The position numbers were made by a program, and so were the translations under genes. Of a stretch of 64,000 nt of DNA, positions 30,003 to 40,106 are shown one piece after another. Under the pieces are notes generated by a model. It searched no databases, was not told where the DNA came from, and was given only the letters and a program-made list of their open reading frames with translations. Source of the DNA: Candidatus Onthoplasma sp. (GTDB lineage Bacteria; Bacillota; Clostridia; Christensenellales; UBA1242); assembly GCA_045126575.1 (NCBI GenBank), contig JBGVOQ010000005.1, forward strand, positions 19 to 64,018, given 5' to 3'. The number at the start of each line of letters is the position of its first letter. The first letter of the stretch is position 1.

Positions 30003-30335
30003 CTACTTTAATAAATCTTGCCTTTCATGGTTGTCTATATAAAAAGGTTTCCAATATTCGCTTAAATTTATTGAATATCCTTGACCTTTAATAACAAACT
30101 TGTCATTTGCTACTGTTACATAGTGAAATGAAGGGTTTGTGGCTCCCTTATAGCTTAAATACATGTACACGGGTTCACCATTAAACATTTTAATCTCGCC
30201 ATTTGAGCACTTGCCAGTTTTGGTATTTTTAACCTGCATACCGCACCACTCAAAACCTTCGGATTCGAGAAAATTTCTAATATCTTTTAAAGTGTATTTC
30301 TTTATAAATCTTTTTTTCTGTATTGTTGTTTGCAT
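30003..30335 (-). CDS. hypothetical protein (110 aa) inserted between grpE and dnaK
   Basis: ORF with a GGAGA RBS, starting 22 nt after the grpE stop. No family recognised. Confidence 0.5.
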   Translation of the reverse strand: MQTTIQKKRFIKKYTLKDIRNFLESEGFEWCGMQVKNTKTGKCSNGEIKMFNGEPVYMYLSYKGATNPSFHYVTVANDKFVIKGQGYSINLSEYWKPFYIDNHERQDLLK

Positions 30336-30357
30336 AATATCTCCAAGCCTCTAAAGT

Positions 30358-31173
30358 CTACTTACACACTATTACTTGTGAATAACGTATAACTTTATCA
30401 CCCATTGTAAAGCCTTTAAAGCATTCTTTAATTATATCACCACTTTCATGCTCGGCACTTACTTCACTTCCAATTGCTTGGTGGAAGTTAGGGTCAAATT
30501 TGCCACTTACATCAATTGCTTTTACTCCAATCTTCTCAAGTGTTGAAAGTATTCCTTTTTCAATATATTGAATACCCATAAGAGTATTTGGGTCTGTGAT
30601 ATATTCGGTAGCCATTTTAAAACTATCTAGTGCTGGCAAGAATTCAGTTATTGCTTGGTTAAAGCCGTTTGAATAAGCCTTAGCTATATCATTTTGTGTA
30701 CGTTTGCGATAGTTGTCAAATTCTGCACGTAGGCTAAGCAGTTGCTTAAAGTACGCATCGGCAGTACTTTCTTCCAACTTTTCACCGCAACCACATTTAC
30801 ATTGTTCATCATCTAGCACGTCTTGTGCATCTTCCTCCACTTCTACCTTTTCACAATCACATTCTTCACAACACTTGTTGTCAGAAGTGCAATCGCAATC
30901 ATCGCCGCAAGTACAATGCTCGTTGCAGTCACAAGATTGTTCGCTACAGGTGCAATCTTCATTACACTTTTCTTCATCACCACACTTACAATCGTCACCA
31001 CAAGTATAATTATCTCCGCAATCACACTTTTCACCATCATGACATTTACAATCTGTTCCGCAAGTGCATTCATCACAACATTTGTTATCCTCAGTACAGT
31101 GACAATCTTCGCCACAAGTGCATTCTGGGCAACATTTGCAACCTTCGTTTAAATCTTTTTCTAAATCTTCCAA
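30358..31173 (-). CDS. grpE: nucleotide exchange factor GrpE with Cys-rich N-terminal extension
   Basis: The C-terminal roughly 140 aa form a canonical GrpE core (LRAEFDNYRKRTQ..., ..GF.MGDKVIRYSQV.V). TTG start at 31173, 7 nt after AAGGAG and 14 nt after the hrcA stop. The N-terminal roughly 130 aa contain 34 Cys by my count. Confidence 0.85.
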   Translation of the reverse strand: MEDLEKDLNEGCKCCPECTCGEDCHCTEDNKCCDECTCGTDCKCHDGEKCDCGDNYTCGDDCKCGDEEKCNEDCTCSEQSCDCNEHCTCGDDCDCTSDNKCCEECDCEKVEVEEDAQDVLDDEQCKCGCGEKLEESTADAYFKQLLSLRAEFDNYRKRTQNDIAKAYSNGFNQAITEFLPALDSFKMATEYITDPNTLMGIQYIEKGILSTLEKIGVKAIDVSGKFDPNFHQAIGSEVSAEHESGDIIKECFKGFTMGDKVIRYSQVIVCK

Positions 31174-31187
31174 AGTCGTTTCTCCTT

Positions 31188-32213
31188 TTAATCTTTATGA
31201 CTCATATTTTCCGCTTGGCTAACAATAAACTTTAACGCCGCAGCCAAACTTCCGTAATCCACACGCTTAGGTCCCACAAGCGCAAGCGAAGCAATGCTAA
31301 CTCCATCAATAATAATAGGAGCACTTAACATCATACCGCCCTTAAGTTTGTCATTTTGATTTTCATCACCAATAACAAAATTAAGTTCACTACTATCGCC
31401 CACCGCATTAATAACCTCATCACCATCTTCAAGGAACGAAAGCACGTCTTTAGCCTCATCAAACTCGCTAGAAGTAATGTTGTTTAGCATACGTGTAGTA
31501 TTTTCACTAGAAATATCTAACTTGGTTTTAACCACATTTTGTAAAGCGGCAGTCACACTGTCAATAAGTGTTTTAAAGTTAAACATTTGAGCGCCAGCCC
31601 TTAAACAAACTTCAGCCACATTGTCCACCATATATTTAATGGTTTTTCCACTAAATTGCTCGGTTAGGTAACTAGAAGCATCTTTGCAAGCATCTTTGTC
31701 AATATCTGGGTCAAGGCTTAGGTTATCATCAATAACACCAGCGGTTGTTTCAACTAATAGCAAAGCATCTTTTTGGATAAGTGGAATAATTTTAATATCC
31801 ACAATAGTCAAATTTTCGATACCGTGCTGTACCAATATTGTTGGATAGTTTGTTACCTTACTTAGTTTTTTAGCCAACGAGGATAATGTGCTTATAAGGT
31901 TGACACTTTTCACTTCATAATTATCCTTAACCTGTTGAAGCGATTTTGCATTAAAAGTTTTGCTAGTAAGAATATTATTAACATAACATCTGTAAGCCAA
32001 ACTGGTTGGCACACGTCCGCCCGAAGTGTGTAATTGTTGCAAATATCCCATTTGCTCCAACGCATTTAACTCGTTGCGAAGTGTTGCTGTGCTTACATCA
32101 CTAAACTTAATACTAAGACTTGCACTAGTAATTGGCTGAGGCTTTTTAATATACTCGTCAACCGCATAAAGCAAAATGTCCTGTTTACGTTTACTTTTAA
32201 ACTCCACACCCAT
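31188..32213 (-). CDS. hrcA: heat-inducible transcription repressor HrcA
   Basis: 341 aa with the HrcA N-terminal winged-helix pattern (..ITS..L........S.ATLRNEL..LE..GYL...HTSGGR.PT). First gene of the operon, directly preceded by CIRCE. Confidence 0.9.
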   Translation of the reverse strand: MGVEFKSKRKQDILLYAVDEYIKKPQPITSASLSIKFSDVSTATLRNELNALEQMGYLQQLHTSGGRVPTSLAYRCYVNNILTSKTFNAKSLQQVKDNYEVKSVNLISTLSSLAKKLSKVTNYPTILVQHGIENLTIVDIKIIPLIQKDALLLVETTAGVIDDNLSLDPDIDKDACKDASSYLTEQFSGKTIKYMVDNVAEVCLRAGAQMFNFKTLIDSVTAALQNVVKTKLDISSENTTRMLNNITSSEFDEAKDVLSFLEDGDEVINAVGDSSELNFVIGDENQNDKLKGGMMLSAPIIIDGVSIASLALVGPKRVDYGSLAAALKFIVSQAENMSHKD

Positions 32214-32219
32214 CTCCTT

Positions 32220-32246
32220 TTAGCACTCTCAAATCACGACTGCTAA
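32220..32246. promoter_or_regulatory. CIRCE operator (HrcA binding site)
   Basis: TTAGCACTC-N9-GACTGCTAA against consensus TTAGCACTC-N9-GAGTGCTAA (one mismatch). It lies between the promoter and the hrcA start. Confidence 0.85.
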
Positions 32247-32250
32247 CACT

Positions 32251-32279
32251 AGTATATGCTTAATGCAAACAAATGTCAA
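32251..32279 (-). promoter_or_regulatory. sigma-A promoter of the hrcA-grpE-dnaK-dnaJ operon
   Basis: Minus strand: TTGACA (32279..32274), 17 nt, TATACT (32256..32251), immediately upstream of CIRCE. Confidence 0.7.
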
Positions 32280-32404
32280 CCATTTGTGCCAATTTTTTTT
32301 GTAAAATTTTGTAAAATTGTTAAATAAATACTATTTTGCTGTCGCCAGACTTAAATACCAACAAAAAATTAAGCAATCCAACCCATTGCTTAACTTTTAC
32401 AATA

Positions 32405-33658
32405 TTATGAAACTTGTTTGTTTGATTTAATTATAATAGGTTTATCATTACCTAGTATATAATTTTCATCAATAATGATTTTTTCAATATTTTGGTCAAA
32501 GTGACTAGTGTACATAACATCTAGCATACGTTCTTCCAATATTGTGCGCAAACCTCTTGCGCCAGTTTTTAACTCAATAGCCTTTTTAGCCACTGCCTTA
32601 ATGGCGGACTTGTCAAACTCAAGTTCGATACCATCCATTTTAAATAGTTGGATATATTGCTTTGTGATAGCGTTTTTAGGTTTGGTCAAAATCTTTTCTA
32701 GTGACTTTTCATCTAATGCTTCCAAACCTACCACCACTGGTATACGGCCAACAAATTCTGGTATCATACCATACTTAATCAAATCATGTGGTTGAATGCC
32801 CTTTACATTGTTTTGCGTATTTTTAATACTACGTGCATTTACATCTGCGCCAAAGCCCAATCCAGCATTACCGTTACGCTCACTAATAATCTTATCAAGC
32901 CCAACAAATGCTCCACCACATATAAATAATATATTAGTAGTATCAATCTTGATATTTTCCTGTTGAGGGTGCTTGCGTCCACCTTGAGGAGGAACACTAG
33001 CAATAGTACCTTCCAAAATTTTTAATAACGCTTGTTGTACACCTTCACCTGACACGTCACGAGTAATTGACACATTTTGACTTTTACGTGCAATTTTGTC
33101 AATTTCGTCAATATATATAATTCCACGTTCAGCCTTTGAAATATCGTAATCGGCATTTTGGATAAGTTTTAGCAAAATGTTTTCAACATCATCACCCACA
33201 TAACCCGCTTCGGTTAACGCAGTTGCATCACTAGCAGCAAACGGAACTTTTAACATCTTTGCCAGTGTTTTAGCAAGCAAAGTTTTACCGCTACCCGTAG
33301 GTCCTACAAGTAGCACATTACTCTTTTCAAGTTCTACCTCATCAACACCAGCCTTAGTTTTGGCACTTAGGTTGTAGTTAATACGTTTGTAATGATTGTA
33401 TACTGAAATTGCAAGTATTTTCTTTGCCTCATCTTGACCTACAATAAACTCGTCAAGTTTTGCCTTAATTTCTTGAGGTTTTGGCAACTCTAGGATTTCA
33501 TTATCACTTGACTTGGTTGTGTTTTCTGCCATAATTTGATGACACAAATCCACGCAATCCTTACATATAAAGCACTCACCTTCAGGGTTTGCAATTATGT
33601 TTTTTAAATTAGTTATCGCACGTCCACAAAACGAACAATTAGCATTTAATTCCTTCAT
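32405..33658 (-). CDS. clpX: ATP-dependent Clp protease ATP-binding subunit ClpX
   Basis: 417 aa with an N-terminal C4 zinc ribbon (CSFCGR...CKDC), Walker A GPTGSGKT and the IGF-loop region. Confidence 0.95.
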   Translation of the reverse strand: MKELNANCSFCGRAITNLKNIIANPEGECFICKDCVDLCHQIMAENTTKSSDNEILELPKPQEIKAKLDEFIVGQDEAKKILAISVYNHYKRINYNLSAKTKAGVDEVELEKSNVLLVGPTGSGKTLLAKTLAKMLKVPFAASDATALTEAGYVGDDVENILLKLIQNADYDISKAERGIIYIDEIDKIARKSQNVSITRDVSGEGVQQALLKILEGTIASVPPQGGRKHPQQENIKIDTTNILFICGGAFVGLDKIISERNGNAGLGFGADVNARSIKNTQNNVKGIQPHDLIKYGMIPEFVGRIPVVVGLEALDEKSLEKILTKPKNAITKQYIQLFKMDGIELEFDKSAIKAVAKKAIELKTGARGLRTILEERMLDVMYTSHFDQNIEKIIIDENYILGNDKPIIIKSNKQVS

Positions 33659-33727
33659 AAATTTCCTTTATAATTAATAAATGCCAACTTTCATTGGCAT
33701 TTAAGTTTTAGAGTTTAGATAACCCTA

Positions 33728-34309
33728 TTAATTTCTTTTTTCAAAAATTTTATCAATCAAACCATACTTTAATGCAGTTTTAGCATCCATATAGTTATCA
33801 CGCTCGGTATCCTTTTGCAAAGTTTTAACATCTTTACCAGTGTTTTCCGCCAAAATCTTATTTAATAGTTCACGTGTTTTTGAAATATGTTTTGCTTGTA
33901 TTTCAATATCACTTTGTTGACCTTGTGCGCCACCCAAAGGTTGATGTATCATCACTTCGCTATGAGGCAAGCATATACGCTTACCCTTAGCACCGCTTGA
34001 AAGCAACACTGCAGCCATACTTGCAGCCATACCTATACAAATAGTAGATACGTCACACTTGATATAGTTCATAGTATCATAAATGGCAAGACCAGCGCTT
34101 ACGCTACCACCAGGGCTATTGATATACATAAATATATCTTTATCTGGATTTTTGCCTTCCAAATATATCAATTGTGCCACAACTGAATTTGCCACTTGGT
34201 CATTTATTTCACCGCTTAAAAATATAATTCTATCTTCAAGCAACCTACTATAAATATCATAACTACGTTCGTTGTTGCCAACTTGGTCAACCACCATAGG
34301 AATTAACAT
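33728..34309 (-). CDS. clpP: ATP-dependent Clp protease proteolytic subunit ClpP
   Basis: 193 aa with the typical ClpP sequence ([29 protein letters not shown]). Confidence 0.95.
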   Translation of the reverse strand: MLIPMVVDQVGNNERSYDIYSRLLEDRIIFLSGEINDQVANSVVAQLIYLEGKNPDKDIFMYINSPGGSVSAGLAIYDTMNYIKCDVSTICIGMAASMAAVLLSSGAKGKRICLPHSEVMIHQPLGGAQGQQSDIEIQAKHISKTRELLNKILAENTGKDVKTLQKDTERDNYMDAKTALKYGLIDKIFEKRN

Positions 34310-34367
34310 ATAATTTACCTCCTATTAATTGTATGTCGTAAAAGTTTAAAATTTTTCAAAGTATAAA

Positions 34368-35651
34368 TTACTTAATTGTATTGTTTTGTCTTAAAAAGTC
34401 TAATAGTTTTTTCATTAATAACTCGTTAGCAATTTGGTTGATAGCGTTGTTATCTAAATTCTTTTTAAATTCTTCAACCTTAACACCTTGAGCCTCAGCC
34501 ATTTCAGCAACACGTGCATCAATATCAGCTTCCTCAATATCAAGATTTTCAGTTCTAATCAACTTTTCAAGTACAAGACGACCTTTAACTTGACGTTCAG
34601 CCATCATACGTTGGTCAGCCTTTAATTCGTCAACAGTTTTACCCATATAGGTAGCATACATTTCAAGAGTAGCGCCTTGGTAAGCAAGTTGTTGTTCCAT
34701 ACCTCTAATCATACGGTCAGCCTCGCCTGCTACCATACCTTCTGGTAAATCAATTTTAGTGTTATCTACAATCATATCTAATAAACGATTATCAACTTCG
34801 ATATCAGCATTCATTTCAGCTTGCTTTACAAGTTGCTCACGAATATTGTTTTTGTAAGCGTCAACAGTATCAAATTCAGAGCTATTTTGTACAAATTCAT
34901 CATTTAGTTCAGGCATAATGCGTTCACGCACATTGTGAATCTTAACCTTGAATACTGCTGGCTTGCCTGCCAAATCTGCTTGATGATATTCGCTTGGGAA
35001 AGTAACGTTAACGTCCTTTTCGTCGCCAACACTAAGTCCTACAAGTTGGTCCTCAAAAGTATCGATAAATGAGTGTGAACCAATCTTTAATTGATAACGT
35101 TCAGCCTTACCGCCATCAAATGCCTTGCCATCAACAAAGCCTTCGAAGTCTAGTGTAACGGTGTCATCCATCTTAACTGGTTTGTTAGTTTCAACCAAAC
35201 GTGAACCACGCATCAATTCACGGTCGATAGCATTTTTAACTTGTTCGTCAGTAACAGCCTTAACATCTCTTTTTACTTCAAGACCTTTGTAGTCAGCCAA
35301 AGTAAATTCAGGCACGCAAGGGATTTCCAACACAATTTCGATACCCTTATCATCTAACTTCTTGATATCCATCTTAGGAGCTTCATAAGGCTTAACATCC
35401 TCATGTTCTCTTAAAATTTGGCTATAGCTTAAATAGAACACTTCATCCAAAGCATCTTGCATAAACACGCCTTGTCCGTAAGTTTTTTCAATCACATTAC
35501 GAGGAGCATGGCCTTTTCTAAATCCTTGAACATTGTATTTAGCCTTATTCTTTTGATAAGCCTTTTCAACGCTATCGCTCCATTCCTGAGCATCTAGTTG
35601 AATAGTTGCTTCTACTATTCCATTTTCTTTTTTAAGTAAATCGTATTTCAT
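34368..35651 (-). CDS. tig: trigger factor
   Basis: 427 aa with the ribosome-binding signature GFRKGHAP near the N-terminus and a central FKBP-like domain. tig-clpP-clpX synteny. Confidence 0.92.
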   Translation of the reverse strand: MKYDLLKKENGIVEATIQLDAQEWSDSVEKAYQKNKAKYNVQGFRKGHAPRNVIEKTYGQGVFMQDALDEVFYLSYSQILREHEDVKPYEAPKMDIKKLDDKGIEIVLEIPCVPEFTLADYKGLEVKRDVKAVTDEQVKNAIDRELMRGSRLVETNKPVKMDDTVTLDFEGFVDGKAFDGGKAERYQLKIGSHSFIDTFEDQLVGLSVGDEKDVNVTFPSEYHQADLAGKPAVFKVKIHNVRERIMPELNDEFVQNSSEFDTVDAYKNNIREQLVKQAEMNADIEVDNRLLDMIVDNTKIDLPEGMVAGEADRMIRGMEQQLAYQGATLEMYATYMGKTVDELKADQRMMAERQVKGRLVLEKLIRTENLDIEEADIDARVAEMAEAQGVKVEEFKKNLDNNAINQIANELLMKKLLDFLRQNNTIK

Positions 35652-35741
35652 TAAAGTTCTCCTTTTTATTTAGCGACACTATTATAACACACATTTTACA
35701 CAATTGCAAGTTCTAATGTGATTTTTGGCAAATTTATTTAT

Positions 35742-36122
35742 CTAAAAAAGACAAACAAACGCACAAATTATCAAAATAACCGCAACAGTGAACACCCCAA
35801 TCACCTGTTTGCGCAATTTTTTTACATACTTTACACGCATTTTGTTAAGCATTGCAGCGTCAAACATTCCGTAATACTCGCTATCCACACCATTTGTCCC
35901 AATATCTATAAGTATATCCTTACCTTGAATGTCAAATAATTCCAACTCCCTTTGATTTTTGCCCATTGTAATGTATGCAAAAACAAACATTGCCACAGCC
36001 CAAAACAGTGAAGTTAATCCACCTTGCACAAGTAAACTTTTACCAAACACAACTGTACACGCACCCATACATATAAATATGGCAATTATAATTCCAAAAA
36101 TATGTTCTCTAATTTTTTTCAT
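35742..36122 (-). CDS. membrane protein, unknown function (126 aa, 3 predicted TM)
   Basis: Hydrophobic segments plus a GAGGGG RBS. Confidence 0.5.
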   Translation of the reverse strand: MKKIREHIFGIIIAIFICMGACTVVFGKSLLVQGGLTSLFWAVAMFVFAYITMGKNQRELELFDIQGKDILIDIGTNGVDSEYYGMFDAAMLNKMRVKYVKKLRKQVIGVFTVAVILIICAFVCLF

Positions 36123-36140
36123 AATTCCCCTCTAACCTAT

Positions 36141-36404
36141 TTAGGCCACAAATTTAACGATAACCACAACAATAAGTGCAATTATTGCTACACCGTAAAC
36201 AAACATATACCATGACGCTTGACGGCTGCGTGCAAAGTAAAATGCATATACCAGCCCTACCGCCACCTCAATCCACATTGCAATATCAACAATCACGCCA
36301 CACCACTCGCCAAACTTGTTAGGTGTACAGTTAAGCCCTAATCCAACAACTAATATAATTATACCTACAAATGCTATAAAATTAATAAATTTTCTAAACT
36401 TCAT
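36141..36404 (-). CDS. membrane protein, unknown function (87 aa, 3 predicted TM)
   Basis: Hydrophobic segments plus an AGAGGA RBS. It lies 18 nt upstream of the next membrane-protein gene. Confidence 0.5.
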   Translation of the reverse strand: MKFRKFINFIAFVGIIILVVGLGLNCTPNKFGEWCGVIVDIAMWIEVAVGLVYAFYFARSRQASWYMFVYGVAIIALIVVVIVKFVA

Positions 36405-36515
36405 ATTTCCTCTACTACTTTATATGCCTTATTATATCAAAAACACCTGCCGTAAAGCAAGTGTTTGTGCCAGTTATCAAATTAATTGTTTTTGTTTGTA
36501 GATTTATATAAAATA

Positions 36516-37337
36516 TTAAAATTTACTGATATCATATCCCTGCGCTTCAAACGATTTATTAACTCTTTCCATATTTCTATATCTGCCCTCTGTCAATTCT
36601 ACCTGATAAGTATCTAATTCAAAGTTTGTTTTGTTAGATTTTAGTTCAGCATTTATATTATATTTACAGCTTTTGAAACAATATGAAACATTATTTTGTA
36701 AGTCGATATCAAGCAGCATATAATGAGCCCTACACACACTATCTGGATTGCTATTTTTGTCGTCATTTTGTACTAAACATATAGAATTGCCTACACTTCC
36801 ACAACACATTAAAGTTTTGTTGTATATATTACTAAGGTATTGAAAGTGTAGATGCCCATATATAACAACATCAGCAATCCTTTGACTACTGGTTGTTTTT
36901 GATGGTAAAAACATCCCATATTTATTTGACATGTCTGTATCGTAATCATTTACAAATCTAAAAACACTATCTGGTGTTGCATGAAACATTCTAATCAATT
37001 TCTTGCCCGCTTTAATTTCATAACATAGCGGTAGACTTTGAAGATATTCGATATCGTCTTGTGTTAATAATGATTGATTCCACAATATTCTTTTGTATTC
37101 CAACTCATTATCTTTAAAATCTTCTGCATTGCTAGAAAATCTAATATCAGTATTACCTGCTACAACTATATCACAATATTTTTTTACTAATTGCACGCAT
37201 TTATGTGCATTTTCACCTTTACCAATAATATCACCCAAGCAAATTATTTGGTCTACGCCTTGCTTCTTAATGTCTCTCAAAGTGCTTTTTAAAGCCTCAT
37301 AATTAGAATGTATATCTGAAATTATTGCATATCTCAT
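36516..37337 (-). CDS. metallophosphoesterase family protein
   Basis: I place the start at ATG 37337 (MRYAIISDIHSNYEAL...GDIIGKG...GNTD...GHLH) behind AAGGAGAA. The longer track ORF (to 37427) would overlap aspS by 62 nt. Confidence 0.75.
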   Translation of the reverse strand: MRYAIISDIHSNYEALKSTLRDIKKQGVDQIICLGDIIGKGENAHKCVQLVKKYCDIVVAGNTDIRFSSNAEDFKDNELEYKRILWNQSLLTQDDIEYLQSLPLCYEIKAGKKLIRMFHATPDSVFRFVNDYDTDMSNKYGMFLPSKTTSSQRIADVVIYGHLHFQYLSNIYNKTLMCCGSVGNSICLVQNDDKNSNPDSVCRAHYMLLDIDLQNNVSYCFKSCKYNINAELKSNKTNFELDTYQVELTEGRYRNMERVNKSFEAQGYDISKF

Positions 37338-37365
37338 AAGTTTTCTCCTTGGCGAAGTAATCAAA

Positions 37366-39111
37366 TTAATTATTTTCAACTTCTGGGCGTAGCATAATGT
37401 GAACATCTCGTAATGCTTTTTCATCAACTACTGTTGGAGCATTAGTTAGTGGGTCGCACGCATTTTTGTTCATAGGGAATGCTATAACGTCACGTATAAA
37501 TTCGTTTTTGGTTAAAAGCATCATAATACGGTCAAAGCCTGCACCGCTACCAGCGTGTGGAGGTGCACCATAACTAAATGCATTGTATAGTGCTGGGAAT
37601 TTGTTTTCAACCACAGACTTATCATAGCCTGCAAGTTTAAATAATTCTACCATCATTTCAGGCTCGTGGTTACGTACTGCACCTGACAAACTTTCGTATC
37701 CGTTAATTACAAGGTCGTATTGATATGCTTTAACTTCAAGTGGATTTTTAGCAATTTCTTCAATGTCGGCTTGTGGCATACTAAATGGATTGTGGCTAAA
37801 TTCAATCTTGCCATCATCATCAAGTTCGTAGAATGGGAAATCAACCACCCAACAGAATGCAAAAGCATTTTCATCAATCAAGCCCAACTTCTTACCTAAT
37901 TCATTACGTAAGATATTTGCAAACTTAGCAACACGCTCCTTAGCGTCAGCCACAAAGAAGATTGTGTCATTTGGCTCAAAATTTAATGCGTTCATTAGGT
38001 CGGCTTTGTTTTGCTCGGTCATAAACTTGGTAATACCTGTTTCAAATTCGCCTTCAGCATTTACATGTACATATGCAAGACCTTTAGCCTCTCTTGATTT
38101 TAGGAAATCGGTCAAAGCGTCATAGAACTTACGTCCCTTATCGCCACAGTTAGCCTTGATTGCCTTAATTGTAGCACCCTTAAATGCGTTAAATTCAGTA
38201 TCCTTAAACAAGTCAGTTACATCTACAACCTTTAGTGGGTTACGTAGGTCTGGCTTATCGCTACAATAATCACGCATAGCATCTTCGTACTTAATACGCT
38301 TGAAAGGTGTAACTACTTTCTGGTCAGTAAACTTTTCAAATATACCTTTAAATAATCCTTCCATTACATTAAAGATATCTTCCTGTGTTGCAAAAGCCAT
38401 TTCCATATCTATTTGATAGAACTCAGTAGGGCTACGGTCAGCACGAGCGTCTTCATCTCTAAAACATGGCGCAATTTGGAAATACTTATCCAATCCGCTT
38501 GTCATAAGTAATTGTTTAAATTGTTGAGGTGCTTGAGGAAGTGCATAAAATTTTCCAGGGTTAAGTCTACTTGGTACTAGGAAATCTCTTGCTCCTTCTG
38601 GGCTTGATGCCGTTAGAATTGGAGTTTGCACTTCGGTAAACCCGAGGTCATTGAAGTATGTACGTACAAAATACATAAGGTCGCTACGCAACTTTAACAT
38701 CTTTTGGTTATAATCGCTACGTAAATCCAAATATCTGTACTTTAAACGTAAATCTTCGTTAACCACACTACTGGTTTTGATTTCAAAAGGAAGTTCCTTA
38801 TCGCACTTACCTAACATAGTAACTGTTTCAACTTCAATTTCAATATCACCAGTTGGCATATTAGGGTTTTTGCTAGAACGCTCCACCACTTTACCGCTAA
38901 CACTAATAACATCTTCCTTGTTTAGCTCAGCCACCTTGCTTTCGTCTGCTACAAGTTGAGTAATTCCGTATTGGTCCCTAAGTGTAACAAAAGTAATACC
39001 GCCAAGTTTACGGATTGTATCCACCCAGCCCGCAAGTTTAATATTTTTACCCGCATCACTTAGTCTAAGTGAACCACAGTCAACATCTCTATAATTTTTA
39101 GTAATAATCAT
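37366..39111 (-). CDS. aspS: aspartate--tRNA ligase
   Basis: 581 aa with an OB-fold N-domain, class II motifs (FRDED, GAPPHAGSGAGFDR) and the bacterial-type insertion domain. Confidence 0.93.
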   Translation of the reverse strand: MIITKNYRDVDCGSLRLSDAGKNIKLAGWVDTIRKLGGITFVTLRDQYGITQLVADESKVAELNKEDVISVSGKVVERSSKNPNMPTGDIEIEVETVTMLGKCDKELPFEIKTSSVVNEDLRLKYRYLDLRSDYNQKMLKLRSDLMYFVRTYFNDLGFTEVQTPILTASSPEGARDFLVPSRLNPGKFYALPQAPQQFKQLLMTSGLDKYFQIAPCFRDEDARADRSPTEFYQIDMEMAFATQEDIFNVMEGLFKGIFEKFTDQKVVTPFKRIKYEDAMRDYCSDKPDLRNPLKVVDVTDLFKDTEFNAFKGATIKAIKANCGDKGRKFYDALTDFLKSREAKGLAYVHVNAEGEFETGITKFMTEQNKADLMNALNFEPNDTIFFVADAKERVAKFANILRNELGKKLGLIDENAFAFCWVVDFPFYELDDDGKIEFSHNPFSMPQADIEEIAKNPLEVKAYQYDLVINGYESLSGAVRNHEPEMMVELFKLAGYDKSVVENKFPALYNAFSYGAPPHAGSGAGFDRIMMLLTKNEFIRDVIAFPMNKNACDPLTNAPTVVDEKALRDVHIMLRPEVENN

Positions 39112-39258
39112 AATTTATCCTTTTAAATAATTTATTCGCAATAATTATACACCACCATTAAAAAAATTGCAACACTTTTTAATTTCTTTAAACCGTTAAT
39201 TTAAAATTTAAATCTATAAATATAAAAAAGCCAAGTTAACCTTGACTTTTTAAAATTT

Positions 39259-39975
39259 CTAATATGTTGTATCTGTGTTATTTTGTTCGTGATTTCTGCC
39301 TTTAATATACGAACATACCAACAATGCTCCTGCAACAATATATAACGAAATTGCCACCGTCTTCATAATATTGCGCATTTTTAATATTTGAGCATATTCA
39401 CCATCGTCTTTAAGTGTAGTATTTTTGTAATCCACATTAATTGAATCAGTGTCCTGTGTAATAGGATTTGAATCAACTGCCAATTTAATAATCTCGCCCG
39501 CATCCAATCCTCTAACTTGATCCCAGGTATAAATGCTATATGTATAGCCATCCACCTTTTCGCCATCTTTATCCAAAAAATAATATGTAACATACCACTT
39601 ATCACAAGTATCGCTTTGGAATTTTGATTTAATTATTCCATCCACAAGATAACTACTATCGCCTTTCGCCTGCTTAGCATAAGCATCGTCTATCATATCC
39701 TGATAATATAAGTAGTCAGACTCTATACTCTTTAAAGCACTTTTATTACCAGATGCCCCCATTGTACAAACAATTGCAACTAGCAATGCAAATATAGCAA
39801 GTGAAGCAAAAACTGCCGCAGCTCCACCTCTACCAAAAAATATTACTGTGCGGTGTCCACCATACGACCTACCGTATCTTCTTCCGCCGCCACTGCTGCC
39901 GCCAGAACTGCTTCCACCTCCAAAATGACTACCTCCGCCACCGCCGTGACTTCCTGAATGTGAACCTGATGGCAT
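39259..39975 (-). CDS. membrane protein with Gly/Ser-rich N-terminus, unknown function
   Basis: 238 aa: MPSGSHSGSHGGGGGSHFGGGSSSGGSSGGG..., then a TM helix, a roughly 140-aa extracytoplasmic domain and a C-terminal TM helix. Strong AAAGGAGGG RBS. A terminator hairpin with T-run lies at about 39225..39255. Confidence 0.55.
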   Translation of the reverse strand: MPSGSHSGSHGGGGGSHFGGGSSSGGSSGGGRRYGRSYGGHRTVIFFGRGGAAAVFASLAIFALLVAIVCTMGASGNKSALKSIESDYLYYQDMIDDAYAKQAKGDSSYLVDGIIKSKFQSDTCDKWYVTYYFLDKDGEKVDGYTYSIYTWDQVRGLDAGEIIKLAVDSNPITQDTDSINVDYKNTTLKDDGEYAQILKMRNIMKTVAISLYIVAGALLVCSYIKGRNHEQNNTDTTY

Positions 39976-40106
39976 AAATCAACCCTCCTTTGTATATTTC
40001 TCTATTGTTGTAATGATAATAACAAACCAACGTACGCTAAGTCAATTAAATTTTTGTTATTTAGCAATAAAAAATCCACTAGATAACTAATGGATTTAAT
40101 TTAATA

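Noticed and set aside
30713-31235. Four long alternative-frame ORFs (30713..31009+, 30823..31152+, 30825..31235+, 30843..31115-) overlapping the 5' part of grpE
   Set aside because: They are artefacts of the repetitive TG(T/C)-GA(T/C/A)-rich codon composition of the Cys/Asp/Glu cluster, which leaves other frames stop-free. None has an RBS. The grpE frame continues into a recognisable GrpE core.
36516-37427. Long form (303 aa) of the metallophosphoesterase ORF
   Set aside because: The extra 30 codons overlap the 3' end of aspS by 62 nt and have no RBS. The internal ATG 37337 has AAGGAGAA and begins with the conserved MRYAIISDIH metallophosphoesterase motif I.
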